From: the human T2T-CHM13v2.0 reference genome, Homo sapiens
Length of the DNA: 64,000 bases
Strand: one strand, 5' to 3'
Assembly (NCBI RefSeq): GCF_009914755.1
Contig: NC_060941.1
Below, piece by piece: positions 12,400 to 24,371 of the stretch. How positions within the stretch are numbered: position 1 is the first letter of the stretch; every line of letters starts with the position of its first letter. A program made the translations under genes and the position numbers. Under the pieces are notes generated by a model. The model saw only the letters and a list, made by a program, of their open reading frames with translations. It made no database searches and was not told where the DNA came from.

Positions 12400-14420
12400 C
12401 TTGGCGTTCTGGCCGGGGTGCTTTTGAGGAGTGGGAGGTGACGGGAAACTACCCACAAAGGGTAAAGTTCTCCGCCTCTCTGCAACTCTCTCTTCCCCCC
12501 ACCCCTCCTCTCCCCGGGGTCCCTTCGAGATGCCCCGATATTCGGAAGCGATTCCCCGACTCCCCAAGAGGCGGACAGCCCGGGCTGGGGCTCGGGAGCC
12601 CCGCAGAGAGCAGCGGGGGACCGCAGAAAAGGAAGCGGTAGCCCCTGCGAGGACGCCGAGGAGGAGAGGGGCCACCGGAGGGAAGGCTCCCGGGGAGGGG
12701 CCGGCGCATCCGGGGAGGGGGCTCAGTCACCGCGTCCTGGGCTTCCCCCGCCCCTCCTGTCGCCGGTTGCGGACTCTGCGCGGCTACAGCGCGAGATCTG
12801 CTAGGAACAATCCTCCGCCAAGCTGTTGCATCGCAAATAAAATCCTAATGAGCTCCCTCCCCCTTCCCCTTGGCCGACTTTTACGGTCTGCGCGTGGCGC
12901 GGGGAGCTCTGCCAGCCGCACGGCCCCGGGCAGCCCAGTGCGCTCCGGCCCTTGCCCTCGCCGGCTCTCGGCCTCGCTGGCCGCTGGCCCCGGCCCCCGC
13001 CAGCTCCTCTCCCGGCCGTCGCCGGTCTCTGGCCGGGCTTTCAGCTGGGGCCTCCGGGAGAGAGGGGGAAAGAGGGCCGAGAGAGCTGCAAGTCGATCCC
13101 CGAGCCCCTGTTCCCCGCAGGACTTGGAGAAGTGGGGGCAGCGCTCCTCTGGCGGCCTCAGTCTCCCCTTCTAGAGCACGCAGCTTTCCCCTTCCCTCCG
13201 TCTTTCCTTCCTCTCCCCTCCTCCTCCCGGCCCGCTCTCCGGCCACCGCCGCAGTTTCCCTTCACATTGTCCGCAGTTTATTGCCTTTCCCCTCCCCGCC
13301 CCCCTCCTGGCCTTCGGCCTGGGTATTTCCTCACTTTTTATAACTTACTTTGATCCGGCCTCTCTTTGTCCTCGCTTCCTTCGCAAATTTTATTGTCCCC
13401 GTAGCCGGGTCTTTGATTAGACAGCACGGCCTCCCTGCCCGCCGAAGTTTCCAAACTGTACTCGGGCGTGCCCTGTTTGAGCAGCTCCCCAGGCGCGCCC
13501 AGCAGCGGCTCCGCCTTCACCGCCGCCTGGCCCTGCCCCGGGGCCGCTTCGCCGCGCGGCGCCGGCTCCAGCCAGGTGCGGAGGTACCTGCTCTCGGCCG
13601 GCGGGACGCCCTGGGGCTGGATGTAAGGGTGGTAGACGGACGGCAGGCTCCCGGACGCGTGCGGGCTCAGCGGCGCCCAGGAGGCGCCGAACACCGGCGC
13701 TTTGGGCTGGAAGCTGCACGAGGGGAACTCCAGGTGCTCCGCGTGGCCCGGCTGCCGCGAGCTCGCGTACTGGCCAGAAGGAAACTTGGCTGGAGGCGCG
13801 TCCTCACTCTCGTGACTTATGATCGAGTCGACATAATAGCTGCTAAGCGTCCCAGAAATGGACATTCTCAGACATTATCCGGGCGCTTGCAGGGGGAAGG
13901 GAAGCGCTCGCGCGGCGGCGCCCAAGCAGGGAGAGGTGGCACCCGGACCGGTGTGAGGGCTTTCGGACGCGACCCCCCCAGCCCCCCACCCTCCCACCCC
14001 CACCCCCTGCTCAACTTCTCAGCCAACAAAGTACAGTGGAGCAGCCCGTCTCAGCTCTCCTTGCAAAATGATTGGTCAAAGTTTTTCCGACTGCCTGATA
14101 AAGCGTCAGCTCCGACATAAATCAATCGGGCGAGGGGGCTGCGCTCTCGCTGTCATCCGTCCGCACCGCACTCCATATCGAGGATGGATTGTTTTATGCT
14201 GATGCAATGTGCTATCACGTCAGGGCTCCGGCGGCCACGTAACCTCAGCCCCAGCTACCGGCCGCCCGGTCCCCCCCTCCCGCTGCAGGAAGGGGGGCAG
14301 TTCTCAACATGGGGCGGCGGGGGCGGAGGAGAGGCGGAGGGAAGCGGCGGGCTGCCTTGGGAGGGACGCAGGCTGTAGAGCCCTCTCCCCAGGCGGGTCG
14401 GGGAGGGAGGGAGAGCAAGG
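12400..14420. promoter_or_regulatory. HOXB9 CpG island and promoter
   Basis: High CpG density. CCAAT box (attgg 14071-14075) and PBX-HOX site TGATTTATG (minus, 14116-14124). Confidence 0.8.
13349..13865 (-). CDS. HOXB9: Homeobox protein Hox-B9, coding exon 1
   Basis: MSISGTLSSYYVDSIISHESEDAPPAKFPSGQY...EDKERPDQ. Donor CAAA|GTAAG. 517+236=753 nt = 250 aa + stop. Confidence 0.99.
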
Positions 14421-16353
14421 GCGGAGGGAGGGAGAGAGCCCCAGCCCGGGGAGAAGCCATAGAGGCCCGAGAGGATACTGGAAGAGGAGGTGCTCCTGTC
14501 CCCCCACACACACCTCCACCCCGCAGGCCCTCATTTCCTCTTCTCTTTCCCCTTGACAAAAGATGTTTATTAAACAACAACAGCAGCAGCAATCCACAGG
14601 AGATGAAGTAAAATGATGAGGGGAAAAGTTGGGGATTTTAGGACGTTGTCCGCTTTGGAGGGGGCTCTCCTTGCACTCTTTGTAGAGATTTACATGACTG
14701 CGAGCTTCCCTGGGCCCCTCAGTAGCTGAGGGAGGAGGAGAGAGGTGAATAAAACGACTGAGTGTCCAATAATCCACTATCTGTCCTGAAATTAGAAACT
14801 ACTTGAGGTTAAAGGGATCCATCAGGTCCCGGAAACGTGAGCCTAGGAAAGAGTTTAATACAAGGAACCAGAGCGCCTTTACATTTATTGGGCCTTTCTC
14901 TGACTCTGGCCAGAAGGATGGATTTAAGATGGTGGTGGTGACGTGGGGGGTGGGGGTGAGGGAAGCCATTTCTCCTTTTCTCCACTGAATAACCACCCAG
15001 GCCCCTAAATTTGCCCTGATGAGGGAGCTAAATAGGAGAAAGGGTTAAGGCCACTTTCCTGAGGTGTGACCAGAGCAGAGGCCTGGGAAAGGATCCCCAG
15101 TCAGCAAGGGAAGGGGTCCCAAGTTATCTCCCCTTCCATCCAAAGAGGAAGGAGCCTGGGCTGAGTTTTCAGCCCTCCTGTACTACTCCTCTCACCTGAG
15201 GCTCCTGCTCTGGAGATTTCCAAACACCGATATAGGGGCCAGTGTGGACAGCGAGCCCATGGTCAGTCTCTTCCCCTCACTGCCTTACCCCCTGCAGACC
15301 CCTTCATTGGAGCTTCCAAATAGCCCTTTTTATATATATCTATTCTGTGGCCCTGCACAGGGACTCCCCCGGGGCCCACCGACTGGCTTCCTCGCTCCTC
15401 TCCCAGCCCCTGCTCCTCAGCTTCTGCCCTGGTTGCAGTCGCCTCTCCTGGCACTTGGGGAGGTGTGACCCCTGGACAGACCCAGTTCTCCTCTGGTTAG
15501 GCTCAGGGGTAGATTGGGGTGGATTTCTCGGCAACTCTCTGACTCTGAGTCCTAATAAGGCAGGCTGCCCTCAGTCCGGTCCTTTTAGCAAAAGAGGGGC
15601 CACTCTAACTTGAGTCCGTATCTTTTTGGCCACCTACCCCTCTGCCTTGTAGAAGGCTGCGGATCACCTCCCACACAGGCACACACTCCCACCCGCTTGT
15701 CTTTCCAAATGAAGCCATCTCGTGTCATTACACGTGAAATACGAGGGTGAAGCGCCATATTTCTTCACATTATGGCGATTTCAAAATGATTTTTTAAAGA
15801 TCAATGCCGGCGCCCATCTGGCCCCCTCCTTTCCCACCCCTGCTCTCCGAGGGTGACAGCCCGGCAGATCCGTAACCAAACAGCATGAAGGTCTGCCTTT
15901 TCCATAGGACCCAAGTGGGGAAACAAAAATCCGATGCAAATTCTTCCAAGCAGAGGTTGGACGCTTGGGAAAGTCGAGGGAGCTCCCCGGACTCACCAGC
16001 GAAAAAGCTGGGCACTGAGCGAATGAATCACAGTTAAGGCAAAGCACCTGTTCTCAATTTGCCAGCCCTATGAAGTCTGCTGTTGGCTTTACCTGTCATA
16101 AATACACTCTTCAGGAAAAAAGATTCCCTCCCCCGCCATAAATAATGGTGTTATGAAGCATGGTGGGCTGAGTATATGATTTCTGTAGTATATAAATTAG
16201 GGCCTAAAAGGACATGTTTACTACGGACTGGGGTTTTTTTATTTATTGAAAAGTCACAGCGCTGGGCTGTCCTTAAGACCCAAGCAAAGCAGGCACTGCG
16301 CTCTGACTGCCGTCTTCCTGGTTCCCCTTCCCTCTCCTGCCCTGACTTTGCAG

Positions 16354-16454
16354 CTGCCTCTCTGCAACAAGAGAGGAGTCAAGAGGACCACTCAGTTTAG
16401 GGAAGAAGTTAGAGGAAGAAGAACACTTGGGCTGATGGCTTGTGCTCTACAAGG
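16354..16454 (+). ncRNA. Candidate exon of an antisense HOXB lncRNA (possibly HOXB-AS4)
   Basis: Pyrimidine tract plus TTTGCAG acceptor at 16351-16353 and AAGG|GTGAGT donor at 16455. Further plus-strand donors at 17248 (CCG|GTGAGT) and 20868 (CAG|GTAAGA). Name from recollection only. Confidence 0.35.
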
Positions 16455-19400
16455 GTGAGTTCTCCCAGCAGACAAGATTTGGGTTTGTGGGTTGCTGTCT
16501 GTCTGAGGAGTTGCCCTTTATTCCCTGGTGGCTCCTGAGTGCTGGGTGAGAAGGGGACTTAGGCCTCTTTTCTGAGATCGGAACTTAGCCTTTGCTCATG
16601 AAGAAGCTGGAGAGTGGAGACAATTTTAAAATGACAGGTTTTGGAGGTCTTGGTCTTCTCAGGGAGCAATGACTCCAGAGGAAAGAGAATGAACTGGCCC
16701 CTAAGCCCTGTAGTCTGCATCCCAGCTCTTTGCCGTCCAGGTAAATGCACCAAGCAAGGAGTCCCACCCCAGCCAAGCTTTCTGGAAAGCACTGCTGCCC
16801 CAAACTGGAGTTCAACTCCAGCTCAGGCAAATGATTAAAGGGTCAGCTGAGAGACTGTGGACTCCCTCCCACCAAAAAAGCCTTGTTTTCTCCCCAGACA
16901 ATGGTACCCACCATGAAGGAGGATAGCAAACAGGATTGTGGCTCCTGGAGCCCAGCTTCCAAAGACACTTAGTAAAGGGGTTGCTTCAGTGGGGGTCACC
17001 TTATCCTAAGAGAGCAAAACTGCTCCATACCCCACCCCCAATCCTAAACAGAAAGAAGGAAAACCCTGCCTTCCCTTGCAGCCTTTTGCCATTCCCTGCA
17101 CTGGAGCCTCGCCTGAACACAGCTGGGGCCAGTAGCTGGTAGCTTGGAGAAGGGCAAGCAGGGAAAAAAGCGCAGCTCCTGGCCACACTGGGGCCCAGAG
17201 CAGCCAACAGTGAGGCCGAGGTTTGAAGAGCAGAGGCCGACCAGCCGGTGAGTGCCTATGCTGTGGGGGTGACTTTTGGAAGGGTCCTTGTCAGTAAGAA
17301 GAGAGAGAAAATCTAGAGGAAGGGAAGGAAATGGGAGAAGAAAGAAAAACAATAAGTGAGAATGGGGAAAAATAGTTTGTTTTTAATTAATAAGCTTAGC
17401 TGAAATTTACGCGTGTTTAATGTAAATAGATGTGTGTGTCCTATATGTATATTTCAAATCAATATTTCTGTATGGGGAACCCAGTGTGCAAATGCACTCT
17501 GCTCTATACTGTATATAGAATATGTAATAAATAAATCTGCCCAACTATGAAACTTGCTGTGCTTGGGCGTTCGTGTATGCAGGATCTAATCGTGCATATG
17601 TGGATGCATGCATAACCTCTGTGAGTGATGGAGGTTTCTGATTCTGCTCGTGTAAGAAGATCAGTTACCCAAAAGGTTGTGTGTACATTTTTATAACCAT
17701 CACACACCTATGGAAAAGGCAAAAGCTTGGGTATTTGTGTACTTGAATTATGGCTATAAAATATTAGCTAATTCAGATGTCGCACTTGAAAATCTGTCCC
17801 TTGACTTGATATTCAAGCAAAATATACAGCGTATCCTCAAACAAGTGCATATGACTTAACACTACGTTGATTCTACGACAACTTCTTTCCAAAATGTTTC
17901 TCTGGAAGGTAAAATAAATGCTTCAAAGTGGCCCAGAAGAGGTTATGAAATTTTGTGACTTCTTTGTTTGACCATAAAATCCTTTACTGTGTTTCTTACC
18001 CAAGACCGCAGGGACGGTGTGCATTGTGTGATGCCTATTTCATGACAGCGATGAGCGCGGGGGTGGAGGCACAGTTACTTATAAGCACATGTGTCTCACA
18101 GAATTATGAAGCAGAGGTGGACAGAGATGAGCCGAGTGTGAAAGTGACTGTGGAGGTCAAGCAAAAGCACTGCTGTGTACAACAAAATTAGAAAAGTCCC
18201 CAAATCTATGTCTCCAAGCACCAGAGGTATTTCTTCAGACTCAAGATCACAGTCCAGACCCACTCTGGGAAAGAGTGAGGCATGAGGACACTTGCCCCAG
18301 TGGGAAAGGACACAAGATCGCAAAATCCTTACCCTTTATGCAAAACGGCCTCCAAAACAGGTATCACATCGAATCTGCATACTCAGGTTCAAATCTCGGT
18401 GCTTCCACACCCCCCAAGTGGGGATCTTAATTGTGAAGTAATGAAATCTTCTGCCAAACCTCCCTCCCAGGATGTCAGAGGTGAAAGGAAGGACTGAGAG
18501 GTCAGTGGCCCAAGCCCACCTCAGGAATCTTCTTACCAACTCTCAGCCATCAAGGATATCCAAGGCGATGGGGGTGGCTGACTCCTTGGGAGGGGGCATC
18601 CAGGAGGCCAAACGGGGTGGGCGGCAGGCAGGCGGAAAGGAGGCGAGCAGGTAGAAGGTTATTACGAAATTGCTTCCATAAAACCTGTGGCTGTTGTAAA
18701 ACTCTGCTTTCCAAAGACTTTATTTCCTCCTTTCTCTCTAACATTCTCCTTTTTTCTTTTTACAGCACTTTTCCTGGGAGGGGGTGGCCAAGGGACACCA
18801 GGGATGGAAGACAGTCAGGCTCTGAGTGACTGGGCAGGTTTGTGAGAGGCCCAGGGAGAAGTGAGATAAGGCCGCAGGGACGCGCCAGGCCATCTCCACC
18901 CAGACCAGAGGATGAGAAACTGTCAAGGGACAGAGTTGTTAGCCTTTGCTTATCAGGACAGTGGGTTGAAGGCTCCATTTCCCCTAGGCTAGGGGTGGGT
19001 CTCCCTAATGCCCCTCTGCTCTAGCAGAAGCCCCTTGTTCAGAGACCCCCTGGCCCTCCAAGTCAGCCTGGCGCCGAAGCCCCATCCGGTCGGGCCTCTT
19101 TCCCGGGCCCCTTTGCACATTTCCTCTGCCTCAAGCAGCAGGGGGAAGGTTTGGGAACAAAAGTTAGCTTATGCTTTGGAAAGTCCCCCTTCTTCCACCA
19201 GCACTTCTAGTTATTCCTTTCCTGGGCACAGGGCCAACAGCCTTAAGAGGACCGAGGTCAGAGAGGGTATCAGAGTCTTGCCCTGCCCAACCCCTGGTTT
19301 CATCCCTTGTCACTGCATCAGTCGGGGTTGAATTGTCCAACAACCTGGGCTCCCCATTAGCTTGCAAGTCAGGCCCCTCTCCAAGGAGGTGGCACTCAGG

Positions 19401-20085
19401 ACCTATGTGTACCCCCAGCCCAGCCCAAGGCCAGTGGGAAGCCTTTGGCCACTGGGGTGGGTGGGGAGGAAAAAGTCAACTGAGGGATTAGGAAAGGAAG
19501 GACTTTTCGGACCTACTTCTGTAGGTCTGGTCCCATAGGGGGCCTTCGACAGGACCCTGAGGGCTTTAGGCTGAGATTGCAAGAGCTCTCAGTGTTTGCC
19601 TTTCAGAATGAGACCTACTGAGCCCTCTTCAAGGACCTGAAGCTTCCTGCTGAGGTGGAGCACCAGCCCGCAAAGAGTTACAAAAACCTCAAGAACCCCC
19701 TGCATTTCTTTTGAAATCAAATATTTGTGAAGTTGGGGAGAGTTTCTCTGGAAAGTTCTGGATGTAGTTGAGAGCTCAGAGACCCTAAGGCTGGAAGTTG
19801 GAGCTCTGACTGCCATCTTTGGGTTGGGCTGAACAGCCCAACAGGGCCAGGGAGGTGCCTCGGGAGAGTTGACTGCTCCTCATCCCCCTTCCCCTCCTAA
19901 CACACACACAAAAAAACATTCAGAAGTGGGAAGACACTTCCCAGATCTCTTCTCTGGGGGAACATCCTTGTTGCTCCTGGATGAAGGACCTCAAACCTCT
20001 TCCCCATTTTGCAAGGTTGATCTTCCAGTCCTGATTCTGCTCCCCTCCCCCAACTCCTCCAGCTAAGCGAGGAGCAGTAACTGCC

Positions 20086-20155
20086 GTGAATCGGGTGGTT
20101 TAATGTTGTTGTGTTCAGAAACCCAGGCCCAACAACATGAAACTACCTAATTCAC
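20086..20155 (-). ncRNA. MIR196A1: microRNA precursor mir-196a-1 (mature 5p at 20128-20149)
   Basis: Minus strand GUGAAUUAGGUAGUUUCAUGUUGUUGGGCCUGGGUUUCUGAACACAACAACAUUAAACCACCCGAUUCAC forms a 70-nt hairpin, located upstream of Hox9 as expected. Confidence 0.98.
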
Positions 20156-20979
20156 TCAGCAGTTCCAATTCAAGCTCTAGGTCAAGAGCTCACTGGGGGC
20201 AAACCCTGTGGCCATTTTTTTGTGGGCCAAAAAGCGGCTTAACTTCATTTTGCTCCACCTCTTCCCCAACAGAAGAACCCAGTTGCTACTAAACAACACA
20301 TCGGAAGAACTGAACCCAGGACTCTAGGTAAAACCATTTTGGAGCCGGTCCTGATAGCTCAGATTCCAGAGACATTTGCTGCCTTCCAGGAGCCCTGGCC
20401 AGAGAAGAAGACCCTAGACACAGGCACAAGCCTGGGCAGGGCCTCTTTGATATACCTGCTCAGTCTCTGCCTCTCAGCCCAGCTGGAGGTCTCCACAGAT
20501 AAAAAGAATTCTCAACTTCAAACAGATACGAAGGTGCATCTATACTCAGCACCCTGCTAGCCCCTGTATTCCAGGTCACCCAGCCTCCCAGTGTAGCTCT
20601 GAGAGGCCAGATCTTCAAGTCCTACACACCCCCCAGCTTTGAGATTGGGGCTCAGACAGGAGAGTGAGACAAAAGAGTGCTGAGAAAGAAAGTGACAGAG
20701 AGAAAGGTGGAAAAGCAGAGTGTCAGAAAGTTTCGGGAATTCTAGGGAACAAACAGAGGAAGAATGGGATTTGGAGGGGAAAGCCGGTTGATCTGAACAG
20801 TTGCTGTGAAGGCACCCTGCCCAAAATGTCCCAGGGCCCTGGCTCTGCAGAGGCCGAGCTGCCCCAGGTAAGACAATTCATTCCGAATCTTCGCAGAATA
20901 AGGACTGAGAGGCTAAGGACTGGGATTGGGACACAGAGAACAAATTTGCTTCCTCCTTCCTGACCTTCGGTCTGGGTCC

Positions 20980-21780
20980 TTGGCCCCCTAACGTGCCCGC
21001 TCCTCACCTCTGCCTCTCCAGACACCCGCCTGCTCACAGGTGCTCACGCTCACACCCGCACCCATCGCAAAAACGCAGCTGTGCAGGCCGAGGGCGGCGG
21101 CGGACTTACCTGGGCGGCGGCGGTGCCGGCAGTGCGCGGCCGTCGGAAGGTGCGGAGCCAGCGGCCGCGGCCCAGTCCAGGCTCCCTCCCGCCCTCGCCC
21201 AGAAGCGAGGGTCCGAGTGGCCACGTGTCCGGCAGGGAAGTCCGAGGTAGCGAGGGAGTCCACCTGGCCGCCCGCTCCCCCTCCCGGGTATAAATCTTGG
21301 GGACCGGAAATACAATAAAACTTCACCGTGTTGATGAACTTCAAACGGTTTACATCCCCTCCTGTCCTGAAAAGAAAGACGTCCGGGGGCGGATTAAAAG
21401 GAAGGGGAAACAAATTTACGAGCGGCAGAAGCACCCGCCTCGGCCCCTTTCTTTGCCCGCACACTTTGTCCGCGTGGAGAGAAGCAGCCCCAGCCCCCGG
21501 GACTTGGCCTCCGCCGAACCGGCCGCCAGGCGCGCTCTTCTCTCGGAGGAGTCGGCGCTGACCCAGCCCGCGCCCGGCAGAGACTGGAAGCCGCCGCCTA
21601 CACGGAAAATCCACAGAGCCCCGCGCAGACCCTATGATCGGCTCGGCCCGCCGGGCTTGGGATGAGGCTCCCTGCTTCTCGCTAGAGCAGAACTGGGCTC
21701 CCTGGCGCTTCCTTGCGAAAGCCCAGGCTCTCCCAACCACGCCCGGTGGCCTCCATTTTTTGCATCTTTCCGCTGAAAGC
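20980..21780 (-). promoter_or_regulatory. CpG island with a strong minus-strand splice donor: probable pri-miR-196a-1 / long-range HOXB transcript promoter and first exon
   Basis: CCCAG|GTAAGT donor (exon ends 21110), E-box CACGTG 21221-21226, tataaat 21288-21294, about 1 kb upstream of the hairpin. Confidence 0.6.
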
Positions 21781-21789
21781 GGGTTTTTT

Positions 21790-22083
21790 CTTTTTTCTTT
21801 TTTTTTGACAGAGTCCTGCTGTGTCACCCAGGCTGGAGTGCAGTGGCGCGATCTCGGCTCACTGCAACCTCCGCCTCCCGGTTCAAGCGATTCTCCTGCC
21901 TCAGCCTCCCGAGTAGCTGGAACTACAGGCGCCCGCCACCACGCCCGGCTAATTTTTGTATTTTTAGTAGAGACGGGGTTTCACAATATTGGCCAAGCTG
22001 ATCTTGAACTCCTGACCTCGTGATCCACCCTCCTCGGCCTCCCAAAGTGCTGGGATTACAGGCGTAAGCCACCGCGCCCGACC
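21790..22083 (-). mobile_element. Full-length Alu (AluSg-like) with TSD gggtttttt
   Basis: Canonical Alu arms, diagnostic acctcgtgatcc, flanked by gggtttttt on both sides. The only Alu in the first 35 kb. Confidence 0.95.
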
Positions 22084-24083
22084 CAAGGGTTTTTTGTTTT
22101 TGTTTTTTGTTTAACTTTACTTTTCTCTTTCCTTTTCCGTTTCTAGCGGCCAGACCTTTGCCCAGCCCTGCCCGTTTATTGCCGGGTACTTGCTGGAAGG
22201 GGACAGAAGATAAGACTCGGGGTGACTCCCAAGGCCTGAAGGGGGCTGATTGGGCCGGGGGCTCCCAGAGGATAAACCTAGGGGCCGGTCGGTCTTCCTC
22301 GGCGTGGAAGTGAGAGCCACGCGGCGTGGCGGAGCTCCACCACCGTCTCCTTATCTCTTTAAAGCCTCAAAATCAAACAAAACCACTACTACCCAGGCCT
22401 CAAGTTTCCACAGTTTTTGTCTGCTCTGGACCGTTTACTTTTTTTGAAAAAAGAGAACTTGGTGGAATCCAAATTCTCTACTAGGCCTCCGAACCAAAAC
22501 GAAGGAAAATCCGTTTTCTTCTTGGGCTTCAGAGAACTGGGATCGAAGTGATTGACTTCCTGCTCCTTTTGTCTGCTCCAGGGGCCTGGTTAGGTGCCCT
22601 TCTGGATGGGAGAGCAAAAGGTTCTCCATCCTGCCTCACAGTTATTCACCTCCAAAACAGTTTTGAGACACAATGGATGGCTAAGATTAGCTCAGGCTCA
22701 GGCAGAGTGTTCAGGTACAGGAGTGAGGTCCAGCTGCAGGCCCAAGAGGGGGTTTAGTGCACTGAAGGCACCCACCTTCCCATAGATACACACATAGATA
22801 ACCCCACTCCCCAACCCCAAGAAAAGGCACCAAAGTGCTGCTGGATATTTTAAAAATCTGATTAAAAAATAAACGGGCAGGGAAAATACTAGGCAGTATA
22901 GGTTTTGAATTTTCTGAAGGGTTAACTCTGCTGCAGGCAGTCCCACTCGGCCCCAGCTCTCCAGAGGTGGGTGGTGGTCTGGGGGCAGTGCCCTCTGGCC
23001 CCTTCCTAGCACCAAAAGGGAGGAATTGGGGAGCTCTTTAACAGCTGGAGGGCAGGAAGTATCTTATTTCTGGCCAACATTCATATTCCAGTATTTGCAT
23101 GGGGAGGCCCCTCCAGCCTCCCTCATTTGCTCTTTATCATGTTATATTTTCATTCAAAATACTGAGATGGCAGCTACTGGCTGTCACTTCTTCTATTAGG
23201 ATTTCCCTCTGGGAGGACGGCAGGACTGAGGGGCCAGCAGTTTCCAGACCATTCAAGAGTGTTATTACCCATCCCCTACCGGGCACCTGGTGGGGGCCGG
23301 TGTGCTGGCTCCCAGCCTACTGCTGGCCTGGGTCTCTGTGGCTCCCTGGCTGAGAAAAGGAGATGGAAACCTTTTATAGTCTTAGACTCTTTGGAAAAAC
23401 TGAAGAGGCCATAGCCTTAGGATGATGCACCTGCACACCCATATGTTTTGCATACATTTCCAGGGGCTTTGTGGCTTCCCCCTACCCCCATCCCAAGAAC
23501 CCAGGCCATGGATTCCAATTAAAAAAACAAAATTATCTGTATGGTGCCAAAGGACACCCCAAAGCCATTCCCATAGATACCAGCTGTGTCTTTCCGAGGG
23601 CTCCCCAAAGGATAAGTCAACTTTCAGAGGCTCAGCACAGACACCCATGGCCGGGGTGCTGGTGCCGCTCATACACTAACTAGCTGAGATGATGGTCACT
23701 CCGTGAGTAAAGGCCAGTTAGGCAACATTTCTTTTCACCCCCAAACGTTTTCCAAACACTTTTCCAAAAGCATGTTGACCTCCAAATTATTCAGAAAATT
23801 GATGGCCATGCTGGAGGGTTTAGAGGTAACTTCTCCCCACTCCCTTTCTTCCTTGAAGATAAAGCAGAGTTCTAGCGTAACTGGAGGGGGGCTAGACAAT
23901 TTGGTTGGTGAGAGGAGGCAGTGTAGACACAGACGCAGAACACAAGTTCCTTAAAGAAACAAAAATTGAGACCCTTTTCCATTTTGTGAGAGTCACAAGA
24001 ATAAATATTTCTGGGACTTCCTGGCCTGTCTCCCTTCACAGGGTTCATTACAGGCGGGGAGGGAGGAGACAGTCTCGGAGAAT

Positions 24084-24120
24084 TCAGAGGTGCCAGAAGC
24101 CGAGTTCCTAGACCCCAGCT

Positions 24121-24151
<31 letters not shown>

Positions 24152-24371
24152 CCAATTTCTGGCGGCGGGCGGCTGGGGAAGCAGCTCTGTGGTCTCCCGG
24201 CGGGTGAGGCCGAGACAGAGACCAACCTCTAGGCGGCGCCCTGGCGTTGAGTCCGCGCTGAACAAGATTCTCTCGCAGCTCTGCGTCCCGCGCCGGGTGA
24301 AGGGGCCTGTTCCTGCAGGCGCTCGGGGCTCGGCCTGGAGCTGGCGGCCGGCACGTCGCCTTTGGCGCCCT
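24084..24371 (-). pseudogene. Putative HOXB10 unitary pseudogene, exon 2 (decayed homeobox)
   Basis: Acceptor TTTAAC...TTTCTCTTGGTTGGCAG|AG. Reads (E)GAKGDVPAAS/LQAE..GPFTRRGT..LFSADSTPGRRLEVGLCLGLTRRE/SCFPSR..A28 tract..V*ELGFWHL*. Colinear with the in-window HOXB8/HOXB9 homeodomains and with the group-10 RRLE signature. Confidence 0.8.

Noticed and set aside
13350-14120. 256-aa plus-strand ORF antisense to HOXB9 exon 1 (also 1405-2241 and 1837-2295 over HOXB8)
   Set aside because: Shadow or off-frame ORFs of GC-rich Hox coding DNA; no independent coding features.
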